Positions 15,297-25,132 of a stretch of DNA of 31,339 bases are shown one piece after another (the first letter of the stretch is position 1; every line of letters begins with the position of its first letter). The DNA comes from a virus. The DNA lies in the IMG/VR virus record IMGVR_UViG_3300045988_041366, positions 1 to 31,339 of that record; one strand, given 5' to 3'. The notes beneath the pieces are model-generated. The model ran no database searches and was not told where the DNA came from. It worked only from the letters and a program-made list of their open reading frames with translations. Made by a program: the position numbers and the translations under genes.

Positions 15297-15614
15297 ATGA
15301 CGGAATCAGAGCTGATAAAGCGTATAACAGATATGCGCGACGAAAACAGACGGTATGAAAAAGAGATAGCAGACCTCGAAAGAATCGTTGAAAGGCTGGA
15401 CGCTGAGAAAAACGAGTTAAAGGATATCAAGGCAGACCTTGAAGACGAAAATAGACACCTTTCAGAGCGCGTCAAACTGCTGGAACACAAGAGAGACGAA
15501 CTGCTTGACGAGCTGAAGAGAGTCGGCGGGGATAAGGAGCGCGACATTGTCGTGGGTCAGCTGATGGCATACCGTCAAATGTTTAGAATGATTTTAGACC
15601 GTGGCAAGGAGTGA
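15297..15614 (+). CDS. Coiled-coil hypothetical protein (105 aa)
   Basis: RBS GAGGGA. The sequence is highly charged and heptad-like. Confidence 0.5.
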   Translation: MTESELIKRITDMRDENRRYEKEIADLERIVERLDAEKNELKDIKADLEDENRHLSERVKLLEHKRDELLDELKRVGGDKERDIVVGQLMAYRQMFRMILDRGKE

Positions 15615-15641
15615 TTTAATATTAAAACTTATCAGGATTTA

Positions 15642-17168
15642 ATGGAAGTCGGCAACAACGAGAAAGCGCGAATATCCTTTGTGCTGGACGCGATAAACGA
15701 GCACAAGGGAAGCAAGGCTTACAGAATCGCGCTTGACGCTGACGCATACTGGCGCGGTGAAAATCCGACCATTATGAAGTATGAAAAAATCATCTACGAT
15801 ATGCAGGGCAGAGCCCATATCGATAGGTGGACGGCGAATCACAAGATAGCGACGAACTTTTTCTATTTTGCGGTAACGCAGGAAAATCAGTTCTTGCTGT
15901 CAAACGGTGCTAACTTCGGCAAAGAGGACACAAAAGAAAAGCTCGGCAAAAACTTCGACACACAGCTGCAGAAACTGGGTATATATGCCCTCTGCGGCGG
16001 CGTGTCTTTCGGCTTTTTTAACCTCGACCACATTGACGCGTTTTCTCTGCTCGAGTTTGTCCCGCTTTATGACGAAGAGAACGGCGCGTTAATGGCTGGC
16101 ATAAGATTTTGGCAGATAGCAGACGACAAGCCGTTGAGAGCGACTCTTTATGAGCTGGACGGTTATACGGACTATATCAAAGACAAGACCGCAAGAGTGC
16201 TGAACCCGAAAAGACCGTACAAGATACAGATAGCCCACACAGAAGCAGACGGCGACTATATCTATGACGGCGAGAATTATCCCGAGTTTCCTATTGTGCC
16301 GATGTGGGCGAATGACAAAAAGCAGTCGGAGCTTGTTGGCAGACGCGGAACACTGGACGCTTTCGACTTATTAAATTCTAACCTTGTCAACAATGTTGAG
16401 GACGCGAACCTCATATACTGGGTTCTGACAAACTGCAACGGAATGGACGAGGTAGACGACGCGAAATTCATCGAGCAGATTAAGTCAAGTCATATCGTAC
16501 ACGCGGACGGCGACGCAGGAGCAAAAGCAGAGGCGCACAGCGTAGAAGTGCCCGTGAGTGCGTCGGAGCTGTCAATCGAGACTATACAGGATAGACTATA
16601 CAAAGACTTTATGTGCTTCAATCCCACTTCGCTTTCGGGAGGCAACAAGACCGCAACGGAAATCAACGCAGCTTATGAGACGCTCAACAATAAGGTAGAC
16701 GCTTATGAGTATTGTGTCAATGAGTTTGTTATGGCAATACTCAAAATTGCAGGGATAGAGGACGAAGTCTCTTTTACCCGCTCGCAGCAGTCAAACAAAG
16801 GAGAGCAAATGGAAATGATTTTGTCAGCTGCTGAATACCTTGACGATGACACCATAACAGAACAGGTCTGTAATATCCTCGGACTTGGCGATAGAGTCGA
16901 CGAGATAATCGCTAACAAGAGGGCGGAGGAAGTCGATAGAATTGAACCCAATAACGCGCCCGACGATATACAGGACGCGGGAGAGGCGATTGACACGGCG
17001 GAAGATGTCGCGGGTAGGCAGTTAAACGGTGCACAGACGCAGAGCCTTATACAGGTGCTCGGACAGCTTAGCGCAGGCACACTGTCGGAGGGTCAGGCGG
17101 TTAATGTTATTAAAACGGCTATCGGCGTAACAAAAGAAGAAGCGTTGGCGATTATAAGGGGTGACTAA
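15642..17168 (+). CDS. Portal protein (SPP1 gp6-like)
   Basis: It follows the terminase and is 508 aa long, with an acidic C-terminal extension. The overall pattern resembles SPP1-type portals. Confidence 0.75.
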   Translation: MEVGNNEKARISFVLDAINEHKGSKAYRIALDADAYWRGENPTIMKYEKIIYDMQGRAHIDRWTANHKIATNFFYFAVTQENQFLLSNGANFGKEDTKEKLGKNFDTQLQKLGIYALCGGVSFGFFNLDHIDAFSLLEFVPLYDEENGALMAGIRFWQIADDKPLRATLYELDGYTDYIKDKTARVLNPKRPYKIQIAHTEADGDYIYDGENYPEFPIVPMWANDKKQSELVGRRGTLDAFDLLNSNLVNNVEDANLIYWVLTNCNGMDEVDDAKFIEQIKSSHIVHADGDAGAKAEAHSVEVPVSASELSIETIQDRLYKDFMCFNPTSLSGGNKTATEINAAYETLNNKVDAYEYCVNEFVMAILKIAGIEDEVSFTRSQQSNKGEQMEMILSAAEYLDDDTITEQVCNILGLGDRVDEIIANKRAEEVDRIEPNNAPDDIQDAGEAIDTAEDVAGRQLNGAQTQSLIQVLGQLSAGTLSEGQAVNVIKTAIGVTKEEALAIIRGD

Positions 17169-18179
17169 ATGATTAAACTTGCAGACGGCAGAGGAAGCCT
17201 ATATCAGTGGGACACAGGCAGACAGGTTGAATGCGACGCTGAACAGGTGCATTTTTCCAATCATCACTACGGCACAAGCATAGATGTAGATGTTCAAAAC
17301 GGCAAGGCAACAATACCGAATCAGCTGTTGACAAGCGCAACACCGATAAAGGCGTGGGCTTGGGTTACAGACAGCAACGGCGAATACACCAAAGAAGAGC
17401 AGATATTTATAGTTGCAAAAAGAAATAAGCCTTCCGATTATGTGTACACGCCCCCGGAAATAAAGACTTGGCAGGATTTGCAGAATCAGATAGGCGATTT
17501 AAGCAATCTGACAACCGCACATAAAGACAACCTTGTCAACGCAATAAACGACGCAGCAGAAAGCGGCGGTGGAGCATCCGACTTCATAATCAAAATGACG
17601 GTTACAAGCGATGACGACGGCAATTATACGGTCACGTCTTGCGACGCAACAGTCGAGCAGATAGACGCAGCAGTTGCCGCCGAAAAAACGGTCGTTGTGA
17701 GAGCTTCTTATGGCGGTATCATCTTTGAACTGCCAATGCTCGAAGGCGTTGAAGGCAACACCTATTATTTCGGAATGTTCCTGAAGGGTCAGGTGATAGT
17801 TTCGTTCGTGGAGAAAATCGGCGGGAACACAAGCGAATGGCAATTCTCAGTGACCCAAATCGAAGCGGAATCTGTGAGCTACTCCAACGCCGCACTGCCG
17901 AACATATCTACAGTCGGCGGCGCACTCGACGAGCTTGTCACAAAATCCCACACCCACGCTAACAAAGACACACTCGACAAGCTCTCCGACTCTGACGGAA
18001 AGCTCCAATATAACGGCTCCGATGTCGGTTTAAAGGGCGACAAGGGCGATACAGGAGCAGCAGGGGCGGACGGTTACACGCCCGTCAAAGGTACTGACTA
18101 CTGGACAGAAGCAGACAAGGCAGAGATAGTCGCGGACACGCTTGCCGCTCTGCCGACATGGACGGGAGGTAGTTACTGA
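17169..18179 (+). CDS. Tail-fibre-like protein with a short collagen-like Gly-X-Y run
   Basis: LSNLTTAHKDNLVNAINDA and HTHANKDTLDKLSDSDGKLQYNG are motifs common in fibre proteins. A GLKGDKGDTGAAGADG run is present. Confidence 0.55.
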   Translation: MIKLADGRGSLYQWDTGRQVECDAEQVHFSNHHYGTSIDVDVQNGKATIPNQLLTSATPIKAWAWVTDSNGEYTKEEQIFIVAKRNKPSDYVYTPPEIKTWQDLQNQIGDLSNLTTAHKDNLVNAINDAAESGGGASDFIIKMTVTSDDDGNYTVTSCDATVEQIDAAVAAEKTVVVRASYGGIIFELPMLEGVEGNTYYFGMFLKGQVIVSFVEKIGGNTSEWQFSVTQIEAESVSYSNAALPNISTVGGALDELVTKSHTHANKDTLDKLSDSDGKLQYNGSDVGLKGDKGDTGAAGADGYTPVKGTDYWTEADKAEIVADTLAALPTWTGGSY

Positions 18180-18967
18180 TGGCATACGACAAAGTCGTTG
18201 ACTCCGCCGCACTCGATGCAGCTATGACCTACACTGCTAACTGCATCCGCAACAAGACAGGCGGCACAGACCAGATAGCATGGGATTCCGCCAAAGGCTT
18301 TGGCGACGCGGTTGACGCTATAACGGGCGGCGGTGCAGACCATTCGGTAGAGGACGCTATTATTACTCGTTCGATATCGGGCGCATATTCAAACGACCGT
18401 ATAACGACGGTCGGAGAATGTGCATTTTTAGGATGTCAGGCTCTTACAGCGATTGATTTGCCGAACGTCACTCAAGTTAAACGAAATGCTTTTGAGGCGT
18501 GCAATCGGTTACAGACAGTAAATCTTCCCGAGGCTACCGAGTTTGGCAGAGAGGTTTTTACAAGCTCCGCAATACAACAAGCCAATTTCCCTTTAGTGAC
18601 AACAATAGGAACCGGGTGTTTTTATGTGGCGACAAATCTGACATCTGCAAACCTGCCTCTTATTACGGATTTACCCGCTGATACCTTTCGCCTCTCGTCA
18701 ATTCAGACAGCCGATTTTGCGGCGGTAACAAATATAAACCGAACGGCGTTTACCGACTGTACATCCCTTGAAACGCTCATTATCCGCACTCCGTCCGTTT
18801 GTGTAATATCCGACATTTCGGTTGCGCTGCGCGGAAGCAAGATAGCATCGGGCACGGGGTATATTTATGTGCCGGATAACCTTGTTGACAGCTACAAGGC
18901 GGCGACAAACTGGGTTACTCTTGCAAATCAAATCAAGCCGATTTCGGCGTTGGAGGCGAGCACATGA
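18179..18967 (+). CDS. BspA-type leucine-rich repeat (LRR_5-like) protein
   Basis: There are about 6 repeats of roughly 23 aa (ECAFLGCQALTAIDLPNVTQVKRNAFEACNRLQTVNLPEATEFGREVFTSSAIQQANFP...). Confidence 0.65.
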   Translation: MAYDKVVDSAALDAAMTYTANCIRNKTGGTDQIAWDSAKGFGDAVDAITGGGADHSVEDAIITRSISGAYSNDRITTVGECAFLGCQALTAIDLPNVTQVKRNAFEACNRLQTVNLPEATEFGREVFTSSAIQQANFPLVTTIGTGCFYVATNLTSANLPLITDLPADTFRLSSIQTADFAAVTNINRTAFTDCTSLETLIIRTPSVCVISDISVALRGSKIASGTGYIYVPDNLVDSYKAATNWVTLANQIKPISALEAST

Positions 18968-19170
18968 TAAAAACAGAGACGCGTACCGATGGACTTATCT
19001 ACACTTACAGCGATGTCGGCAAAAAAATCCAAAAAATCGGTACAGACGAGATATATGACACCGCCATAGATTTGCCGAATGCCGGATATACCTACGCGGA
19101 GACCGATGCGGACAGCGAAATATCCGACTCCGAGGCACTGAAAATAATCACAGGAGGTGCAGATATATGA
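18964..19170 (+). CDS. Small fibre-associated protein (XkdX-like C-terminal ...SEALKIITGG)
   Basis: Overlapping start and stop codons. The family call is weak. Confidence 0.4.
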   Translation: MIKTETRTDGLIYTYSDVGKKIQKIGTDEIYDTAIDLPNAGYTYAETDADSEISDSEALKIITGGADI

Positions 19171-19595
19171 CGCGAGCAGAAGCAAAAGCTTATCGCAACA
19201 AGATAGATGGCGTGTTGAAGAAGGTCACTACGGACGCAGAAGCTTTGGAGTATGCAGAGCTTTATCCGCTCTGGAGCGGGTATATCGATTATGCTGTCGG
19301 CAGTATAGTCCGCAGACCGAGCGGGCTGTATAAGTGTTACAACGCCATAACGGCAAATCCGACATGGTTGCCGGAAAACACCGCCGCGCACTGGGAGCCT
19401 ATCACAGTCGGCGAAGACGGCACGATAGATAATCCTATTACAGCGGCGGCTGGCATGCGGTATTACAAAGACAAGTACTATCTTGACGGCGGCAAAACAT
19501 ACAAGTGCATACGCGACGACAGCAACGGTCAAGGTACTATACTGCACTATTTGCCGTCGCAGCTCGTCGGGATATATTTTGAGGAGGTAAAGTAA
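19167..19595 (+). CDS. Putative carbohydrate-binding (CBM5/12-like) protein
   Basis: There are two W/Y-rich modules: YAVGSIVRRPSGLYKCYNAITANPTWLPENTAAHWEPI and YYLDGGKTYKCIRD. Confidence 0.4.
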   Translation: MTRAEAKAYRNKIDGVLKKVTTDAEALEYAELYPLWSGYIDYAVGSIVRRPSGLYKCYNAITANPTWLPENTAAHWEPITVGEDGTIDNPITAAAGMRYYKDKYYLDGGKTYKCIRDDSNGQGTILHYLPSQLVGIYFEEVK

Positions 19596-20597
19596 ATGAA
19601 TATCTGCATATCGATAGGTCACGGAAAATCAGCAAAAGGCGGCTATGACAGCGGCGCCCTTGGCGGGAACTATCAGGAGTTTAAAATAGCGCGCGAGATA
19701 GGCAAGTACATAGGCGAAGTGTTCAAGGGCTACGATTGCACCGCCGATGTCATCAACTATGACGCGACGCTTTATCTCACCGAAAGAATAGCCCACGTCA
19801 ACAAGCACGGCTATGACCTTGCAATGGAGATACACCTCAACGCTTCGGGCGGCACAGGCTCGGAGGTCTACTATAAGCACAAGAGCGCGACGGGCAAGAA
19901 GCTCGCGGCGGCAATCAGCAAGAACATAGCTAACACCTTCGGCATCCGCGACAGGGGCGCAAGGGTCAAAATCAACCCGTCAAACGGCACGGACTATTTT
20001 GGCTTTGTCCGCTCCTGCAAGTGCGAGAGCCTGCTGATAGAGACCGTGTTTATTGACACAGCGAGCGACCGCAAGCACGTCGAGACCGCCGCAGGACAGA
20101 AGCAGTGCGCGGAGGCTATCGTTAAGGCTGTCGCTGATTTTTACGGCATAAAGAAAAAGTCGAGCACATCGACTAACAAGCCTACGACGGATAAGCCGAG
20201 TGGCGGCAATCTTACAACAGTCAAGGCTGGCGACACTGTCAAGATAACCGGAAGCAAGTACGCGACAGGGCAGAAGATACCGATGTGGGTCAAGCTTAAA
20301 AAGCACACGGTCAAATCAGTCAGCGGAAACAAGGCACTGCTCAAGGAGATAAACAGCTGGGTCTATACCGCCGACCTTACTGTTTTGCAGTCGGAGATAA
20401 CCGTCGGCAGCAAGGTTACGATAAAGAGCGGTGCGGTCTACGGCGGACTTTCGTCAACGAGAGGCAAGGCAGTTCCGAAAGAGCAGCTTGCACCGAAGAA
20501 GCACACGGTCAGCAAAATAGAAACTCACAACGGCGTAAAAGAAGCACTGCTTTCCGATATCGTGTCGTGGGTTGCTATAAAATATTTGGAAATGTGA
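19596..20597 (+). CDS. Endolysin: N-acetylmuramoyl-L-alanine amidase (Amidase_3) plus two SH3-like wall-binding repeats
   Basis: ISIGHG...EIHLNASGGTGSEVYY...ESLLIETVFID is the catalytic part. The two C-terminal repeats are VKAGDTVKITGSKY... and ITVGSKVTIKSGAVY.... Confidence 0.85.
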   Translation: MNICISIGHGKSAKGGYDSGALGGNYQEFKIAREIGKYIGEVFKGYDCTADVINYDATLYLTERIAHVNKHGYDLAMEIHLNASGGTGSEVYYKHKSATGKKLAAAISKNIANTFGIRDRGARVKINPSNGTDYFGFVRSCKCESLLIETVFIDTASDRKHVETAAGQKQCAEAIVKAVADFYGIKKKSSTSTNKPTTDKPSGGNLTTVKAGDTVKITGSKYATGQKIPMWVKLKKHTVKSVSGNKALLKEINSWVYTADLTVLQSEITVGSKVTIKSGAVYGGLSSTRGKAVPKEQLAPKKHTVSKIETHNGVKEALLSDIVSWVAIKYLEM

Positions 20598-20606
20598 GGT
20601 AACACA

Positions 20607-20900
20607 ATGAACAAAATCAAGGACATTTTTGCAAACATCGGCAATGTTAAAGTCGGTACTTGGGTTAGAGGAATCCTGCTGATTATTTCGTTCGTCAACA
20701 TGGCTCTTTCGGCAGCTGGAAAAGCACCTATTCCCGCAGATTACAACGAGCTGTACACAATCGTGAGCGTTGTCTTCTCGGTGCTCGTCGGAATCTCGGC
20801 ATATTGGAAGAATAACAGCTTCACAGAAGCGGCACAGACGGCTGACAAGTTTCTGCATGAGCAGGGTACAGCTATAGAGGACAAGGGGGAAGAGGAATGA
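20607..20900 (+). CDS. Holin (phi-LC3 / Phage_holin_1-like)
   Basis: It has two TM segments and the WKNNSFTEAAQ motif, and it lies adjacent to the endolysin. Confidence 0.7.
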   Translation: MNKIKDIFANIGNVKVGTWVRGILLIISFVNMALSAAGKAPIPADYNELYTIVSVVFSVLVGISAYWKNNSFTEAAQTADKFLHEQGTAIEDKGEEE

Positions 20901-20992
20901 TTACAGCGATACTTTTTAACCTCTTGAATCTTGTCGGGCTTTACGGCGCAGGAATCGTCGTAGCAATTCTTAAACTTTTGGGAATGATGTAA
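20897..20992 (+). CDS. Small membrane peptide (31 aa, MITAILFNLLNLVGLYGAGIVVAILKLLGMM)
   Basis: It overlaps the holin stop (ATGA) and the next start (TAATG). It is entirely hydrophobic and too short for the ORF track. Confidence 0.4.
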   Translation: MITAILFNLLNLVGLYGAGIVVAILKLLGMM

Positions 20993-21942
20993 TGGATAAG
21001 GCGCATAGCGAGACGGACAAAATGCTGGAACAAATGGAGCGCGAGCTGACAACAATCTACAGCAACGCACACGCCAATGTTCAAAAAGAATGGCTGGAAT
21101 ATATGGAGTCTGCGTCGGACGAACTGGCAGAGCTGCAGGAGGCTTACGACAAAGCCAAAAAGGCGGGAGACACGGAAGCACAGCGCAAGCTCGGCAGAGA
21201 ACTCCGCGCAATGAAAAAAGAATACACCGTCCAAAATGACCGCTACAGACAAGTGGTAGAGAGAACTGCTTTAGAGCTGGCGAATGTCAACGAAATAGCG
21301 ACGGCATATATTAACGGTCAGCTGCCGCCCGTCTATGCGCTTAATTACAACTACTTTGCAAGCGGCTTTTCAAAGCATGGCATATCCTTTTCTCTGACTG
21401 ATGCAAACACGGTCAAATACTTGGCAACAACGGATAAATCACTTTTGCCGCAATACAAGCTAAATGTTAATAAAGATGTGAGCTGGAACACAAAAAAGTT
21501 AAATTCGGAAGTCCTGCAAGGGATTCTACAAGGTGACAGTATACCGAAGATAGCAAAGCGGCTTGAGCGTGTTGAAAATATGAACAAAAACGCATCGTTC
21601 AGAACTGCTCGCACTATGGTAACAAGCGCAGAGAACAAAGGCAGAATGGATATGCTCGAAAAAGCAGAATCCGAGGGAATCATATTTAAGAAAAAGTGGA
21701 TAAGCGCACATGACGCAAGGACAAGAGACTGGCACAGAGAGCTTGACGGACAACTGCGCGACAAGGATGAGCCGTTTGAAAATTCGGTCGGGAAAATAAT
21801 GTACCCCGGCGACCCGTCAGCAGATGCAGCTAATGTGTATTCGTGCCGCTGTACCCTTGGATATAAGATTCTCGGATTTAAAAAAGTGGAAGGGAGCTTG
21901 AAAAGTGAGCGACGAGTTCAAAGACAACTCCGAAGAGTATGA
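20992..21942 (+). CDS. Head morphogenesis protein (Mu F / SPP1 gp7 family)
   Basis: WISAHDARTRDWHRELDGQLRDKDEPF...YPGDPSADAANVYSCRC is the Mu F signature. Confidence 0.8.
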   Translation: MDKAHSETDKMLEQMERELTTIYSNAHANVQKEWLEYMESASDELAELQEAYDKAKKAGDTEAQRKLGRELRAMKKEYTVQNDRYRQVVERTALELANVNEIATAYINGQLPPVYALNYNYFASGFSKHGISFSLTDANTVKYLATTDKSLLPQYKLNVNKDVSWNTKKLNSEVLQGILQGDSIPKIAKRLERVENMNKNASFRTARTMVTSAENKGRMDMLEKAESEGIIFKKKWISAHDARTRDWHRELDGQLRDKDEPFENSVGKIMYPGDPSADAANVYSCRCTLGYKILGFKKVEGSLKSERRVQRQLRRV

Positions 21943-22324
21943 ATACCTATTAGTGCAAGCAATCAGGCACGGCTTGAGAGCTATTGGAATGGCTGCTGAA
22001 ACTTACGCAAAGGAAACCTGCCCGGTAGACACCGGCTACGCACGCAACAGTATCACCTATGCCTTATCAGGAGAGACTGCCGACATATCGTCGTATAAAG
22101 CGGATACCGGCAAAAACGGCGAACCGCCTAAAACCGGAAAATATAGCGGAACAATGGGCAATACAGAGGACAAATATGTTGTAATCGGCAGTAATGTTGA
22201 ATACTTCCCTTTTATTGAAGAGGGCGCGAGAGGAAGAAAGGCGTATCACACTTTGCGAAAAGCCGCAACAGACCACAAGGACGAATACAAGCAGTTGCTA
22301 ACCGATAGCATCAAAAACGCTTGA
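21905..22324 (+). CDS. HK97 gp10-family protein
   Basis: CPVDTGYARNSITY...VIGSNVEYFPFIEEG is the family pattern. GTG start. Confidence 0.55.
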   Translation: MSDEFKDNSEEYEYLLVQAIRHGLRAIGMAAETYAKETCPVDTGYARNSITYALSGETADISSYKADTGKNGEPPKTGKYSGTMGNTEDKYVVIGSNVEYFPFIEEGARGRKAYHTLRKAATDHKDEYKQLLTDSIKNA

Positions 22325-22349
22325 CAATAATTTTTGCTTGTGATAAAAT
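22321..22349 (+). promoter_or_regulatory. Extended -10 promoter (TTGACA-17-TGaTAAAAT) ahead of the scaffold and capsid genes
   Basis: TTGACA lies at 22321-22326, TG at 22341-22342 and TAAAAT at 22344-22349. Confidence 0.55.
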
Positions 22350-22421
22350 ACAAGTGGTAAACAAATGTTTGCCTATAATCGAATGGCGAAGCACTGCCAC
22401 CAAAGAATAGGAGATTATAAA

Positions 22422-23024
22422 ATGGCACTTACAAGAACGATTCTCGAAGCAATGGGAATTGAAGAGAAGAAGATTGATGAGATTATATCCGCACACGCTG
22501 AAACAATGTCCGCGCTAAAGCAGCAGCGCGACGACTACAAAGCGCAAGCTGACGAGCTTGCAGAAGTTCAGCGCAAATTGGATGAAGCAAACGAGACAAT
22601 CAAGGCTAATGACTCGGATGCGTGGAAAGTCAAGTATGACGCAATCAAAGAAGAGTACGACAATTATAAGTCCGACATATCCGCGAAAGAAACTACACGC
22701 GCAAAGCAAGCGGCTTATCGCGAAGTATTAAAGGCGGCAGGAGTTTCCGAGAAGCGGATTGATAGCATTATTAGAGTATCTGATATTGATTCTGTTGAGC
22801 TTGACGAGTCGGGCAAGATAAAGGAAGCCGACAAGCTTACCGAGAGCATCAAAAACGAGTGGGCGGATTTCATTGTTTCCACCAACACACAAGGCGCGAA
22901 CACTGCTACACCGCCGACTACCTCCAAAAAGTCATTTAGCCGAGAGGACATTGACAAGATGTCTCCCGACGAAATAAACAAGAACTGGGAGACAATCAAA
23001 AATTCACTCAAAGGAGACAGATAA
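22422..23024 (+). CDS. Scaffolding protein (GP20-like)
   Basis: ATG at 22422 lies after AGGAGA. It is a charged coiled coil directly upstream of the capsid gene. Confidence 0.7.
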   Translation: MALTRTILEAMGIEEKKIDEIISAHAETMSALKQQRDDYKAQADELAEVQRKLDEANETIKANDSDAWKVKYDAIKEEYDNYKSDISAKETTRAKQAAYREVLKAAGVSEKRIDSIIRVSDIDSVELDESGKIKEADKLTESIKNEWADFIVSTNTQGANTATPPTTSKKSFSREDIDKMSPDEINKNWETIKNSLKGDR

Positions 23025-23027
23025 CTA

Positions 23028-23882
23028 ATGGCTGTTACAGGTTTTATTCCTAAACTTTGGAGCGCAAGACTTCTTAACGCGCTTGATAAGTCCCATGTTT
23101 TCGCCAATGTCGTTAACCGCGACTATGAGGGCGAAATCAAGAAGATGGGCGACACCGTGCATATCAACACTATAGGCGCGGTCACTATCGGCACTTACAC
23201 TCAGAATACCGATTTTTCGTCAGGTCCTGAAACACTCGCTACTACCGACCAGACGCTCACGATTGACCAGGCAAAGTATTTCAACTTCCAGGTTGACGAC
23301 ATTGACGCAGCACAGGCGGCTGGCGATATAATGGACAAGGCAATGACCCGCGCTGCTTACGGTCTTGCGGACGCTTCCGACAAGTATATCGCGGGTATTC
23401 TTGCGGGCGCAGCTGATACGAGTAACCTCGTTTCTTCGAGTGCTGTTGCGCTCACATCCGCTAATGTCTACGAGAATGTTGTCAAGATGCGCACTATCCT
23501 TGACAAGGCAAATGTTCCGACTGCCGGACGCTGGCTTGTCATTCCCCCGGAGATGTACGCTCTTATTCTTCTTGATGACAGATTCGTCAAGACTGGCGGC
23601 GAGATGGCGGAAGGAATACTGAGAACCGGTCTTGTCGCTCAGGCTGCTGGATTTGACATCTATCTTTCCAACAACTGCGTGAGCGTTAACTCCAATAGCA
23701 CCGACACTTACACCATTGTCGGCGGCGTTGATTCGGCGGCAACCTACGCTGAGCAGATAGTCTCGACTGAGGCATATCGTCCCGAGAAGAGATTCGCTGA
23801 TGCGGTCAAGGGTCTCCATGTCTACGGCGCAAAGGTTGTTGACAAGGCTCAGCTTGCTTGCCTCAAGGCTACATTCGCATGA
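23028..23882 (+). CDS. Major capsid protein
   Basis: Called from position and size (284 aa). The N-terminus MAVTGFIPKLWSARLLNALDKSHVFANVVNRDYEGEI is typical of a coat family seen in Firmicute siphophages. Confidence 0.75.
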   Translation: MAVTGFIPKLWSARLLNALDKSHVFANVVNRDYEGEIKKMGDTVHINTIGAVTIGTYTQNTDFSSGPETLATTDQTLTIDQAKYFNFQVDDIDAAQAAGDIMDKAMTRAAYGLADASDKYIAGILAGAADTSNLVSSSAVALTSANVYENVVKMRTILDKANVPTAGRWLVIPPEMYALILLDDRFVKTGGEMAEGILRTGLVAQAAGFDIYLSNNCVSVNSNSTDTYTIVGGVDSAATYAEQIVSTEAYRPEKRFADAVKGLHVYGAKVVDKAQLACLKATFA

Positions 23883-23995
23883 TTTTAGAGCGCGGAAAAG
23901 AAACGGTTGAGATTCTCGACGCTGACCACGCCGCAGGATTTATCGCAAGCGGCTGGAAAATCGTTGAGGAAGTAAAGACCAAAAAAAAGAAGTAA
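23879..23995 (+). CDS. Small hypothetical protein (38 aa) after the capsid gene
   Basis: ATGA overlap with the capsid stop. It ends in KTKKKK. It is too short for the ORF track. Confidence 0.35.
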   Translation: MILERGKETVEILDADHAAGFIASGWKIVEEVKTKKKK

Positions 23996-24010
23996 GGAAG
24001 GCGGCATATT

Positions 24011-24409
24011 ATGCTGTATGAACTGTGCGCGGAAGTCCGCAATTGGTTTGTGTCTGAAAAACACAACGGAACTTTTACAGTCAAGGACGGCAATATGCCG
24101 CTTGACTTTTTACAGGACGGACAATACTTCCGCATCCTTGGGAGCGTCTACAATGACGGTGTGTATCAGTACCCCGCCGTTTTGACGGACGAGGTATTCG
24201 AGGGGCAGATATGGGCAATGCGTGTGCCTCCAGCGTTTATTGCCTTATCAGGGGAAATTGATGAGTATATCGCAAAGAACGCAGAGAGTCCTTATACCTC
24301 TGAATCATTCGGCGGTTATTCATACACTAAAGCTACGGGCGAGAGCGGAGCACCGCTTACATGGCGCGATGTTTTCGCCTCACGGCTTAACGCCTGGAGG
24401 AAGTTATAA
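24011..24409 (+). CDS. Putative head-tail connector/adaptor
   Basis: Called from its position after the capsid gene. RBS AAGGAAGG. Confidence 0.4.
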   Translation: MLYELCAEVRNWFVSEKHNGTFTVKDGNMPLDFLQDGQYFRILGSVYNDGVYQYPAVLTDEVFEGQIWAMRVPPAFIALSGEIDEYIAKNAESPYTSESFGGYSYTKATGESGAPLTWRDVFASRLNAWRKL

Positions 24410-24762
24410 TGTCTCTTTTATCAAGTGCAATGCAGAGATGCGTTTTTATGCACGAGCAGACAGCACCTGACCCGCAGGGCGGATTCACAATTACTTGGAC
24501 GGACGGCGCAGAGTTTGACGCGGCTATCGTGTTTGATTCTTCCATACAGGCAAGAACAGCAGAAAAAATGGGCGTTACCTCATTGTATTCCGTGACCGTT
24601 CCAAAGGGTGTGCCTCTGCGATATTATAGCGTATTCCGCAGACTTTCTGACGGTCTTACGCTCCGCATAACATCACGCGACACAACCGACAAGCAGACTC
24701 CCGAAAGCGCAAGTTTTCAGGTCTCACAGTTGACCGCCGAACAGTATGAGGTGACACGATGA
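24409..24762 (+). CDS. Head-tail joining / head closure protein
   Basis: Position, roughly 117 aa length, and a ...PDPQGGFTITWTD...LYSVTVP...LRYYS pattern like Phage_H_T_join. Confidence 0.5.
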   Translation: MSLLSSAMQRCVFMHEQTAPDPQGGFTITWTDGAEFDAAIVFDSSIQARTAEKMGVTSLYSVTVPKGVPLRYYSVFRRLSDGLTLRITSRDTTDKQTPESASFQVSQLTAEQYEVTR

Positions 24763-25118
24763 CCAAAGAGGAAGCACTTTATTCTTTTTATAGTCAGTTC
24801 GGCAAGGCTTACGAAGAAACGCATTTGCCAAAAGATGCAAGTATGCCTCGTTTGACTTATTCCGTGGCGACCGCCTCTTTTGGAGACGGTGATACATCGC
24901 TCAGCCTCTCGGTATGGACGCGCTCGACCTCTTGGGCGTTGGCTAATTCAATCACAAAACAAATCAGCGATACATTAGGACTGGGCGGCGTGATTATTAA
25001 CTGCGATGACGGTGCGGTTTGGCTTAAAAGAGGCACTCCGTTTGCTCAAAACATGGGCGACGATTCTGACGATTTAATCAAACGCAAGGTTATAAACATA
25101 ACCGCAGAATATATTTAA
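24759..25118 (+). CDS. Putative tail completion / terminator protein
   Basis: Position only. Confidence 0.35.
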   Translation: MTKEEALYSFYSQFGKAYEETHLPKDASMPRLTYSVATASFGDGDTSLSLSVWTRSTSWALANSITKQISDTLGLGGVIINCDDGAVWLKRGTPFAQNMGDDSDDLIKRKVINITAEYI

Positions 25119-25132
25119 GAAAGGATGAGAGT

